A stretch of 64,000 nt of DNA, counting the filler, from Basidioascus undulatus (taxonomy: Eukaryota): the NCBI GenBank assembly GCA_000826855.1. It is 10 parts of 10 records of this genome, joined end to end, with 100 filler letters (N's around TTAATTAATTAA, not from the genome) between each part and the next. Parts side by side here need not be neighbours in the genome. Positions count along the whole stretch, not along the records: positions 59,905 to 64,000 come from JTLS01002238.1; 9 more parts are not named here. One strand, given 5' to 3'. The notes beneath the pieces were generated by a model. The model was not told the DNA's origin. It did no database searches and saw only the letters and a list, made by a program, of their open reading frames with translations. Below, piece by piece: positions 64,000 to 64,000 of this stretch. Positions within the stretch are counted from its first letter, which is position 1; each line of letters opens with the position of its first letter. A program made the position numbers and the translations under genes.

Positions 64000-64000
64000 A

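Noticed and set aside
59905..64000. NUMT (nuclear insertion of mtDNA)
   Set aside because: It is a separate contig with no nuclear flank and no decay.

Overview
This window is not one locus. It is ten unrelated assembly contigs joined by identical 100-bp spacers (N44-TTAATTAATTAA-N44), so adjacency across a spacer has no biological meaning. Contigs 1-9 (1-59804) are nuclear DNA of an intron-rich, GC-rich fungus. Short introns with GTGCGT/GTGAGT/GTACGT/GTCCGT donors and GCTGAC branch sites suggest a basidiomycete, probably Pucciniomycotina-like (inference). Recognisable spliced genes, many cut at contig ends: Snf5-like exon, GPI11/PIG-F, IRC6/AAGAB, DUF1295, EPT1/CPT1, SNO1, CBP80, SSN3/CDK8, VMA5, CRE1/MIG1, SEC12, an aldo-keto-reductase-fold gene, MCM10 and NUP192. 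Lower-GC stretches between them hold decaying genes (TAP-like peptidase, GSK3-like kinase, F-box, BTB, MYND). Contig 10 (59905-64000) is AT-rich mitochondrial DNA in code 4 (cox2 - orf267 - trnR(ACG) - nad4L - nad5) that looks Eurotiales-like and probably comes from a different organism. Most unusual signals: (1) about 28 covarying 14-nt hairpins with UNCG-type loops at ~24-bp period (29019-29748); (2) a 76-bp tandem array that parses as 73-nt GT-AG introns separated by 3-nt micro-exons (57846-58261); (3) an internally duplicated Irc6/AAGAB domain with a conserved intron position; (4) a signal-peptide-bearing AKR with altered catalytic residues; (5) a free-standing mitochondrial orphan ORF. 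All gene models were read by eye, so internal exon boundaries are approximate.
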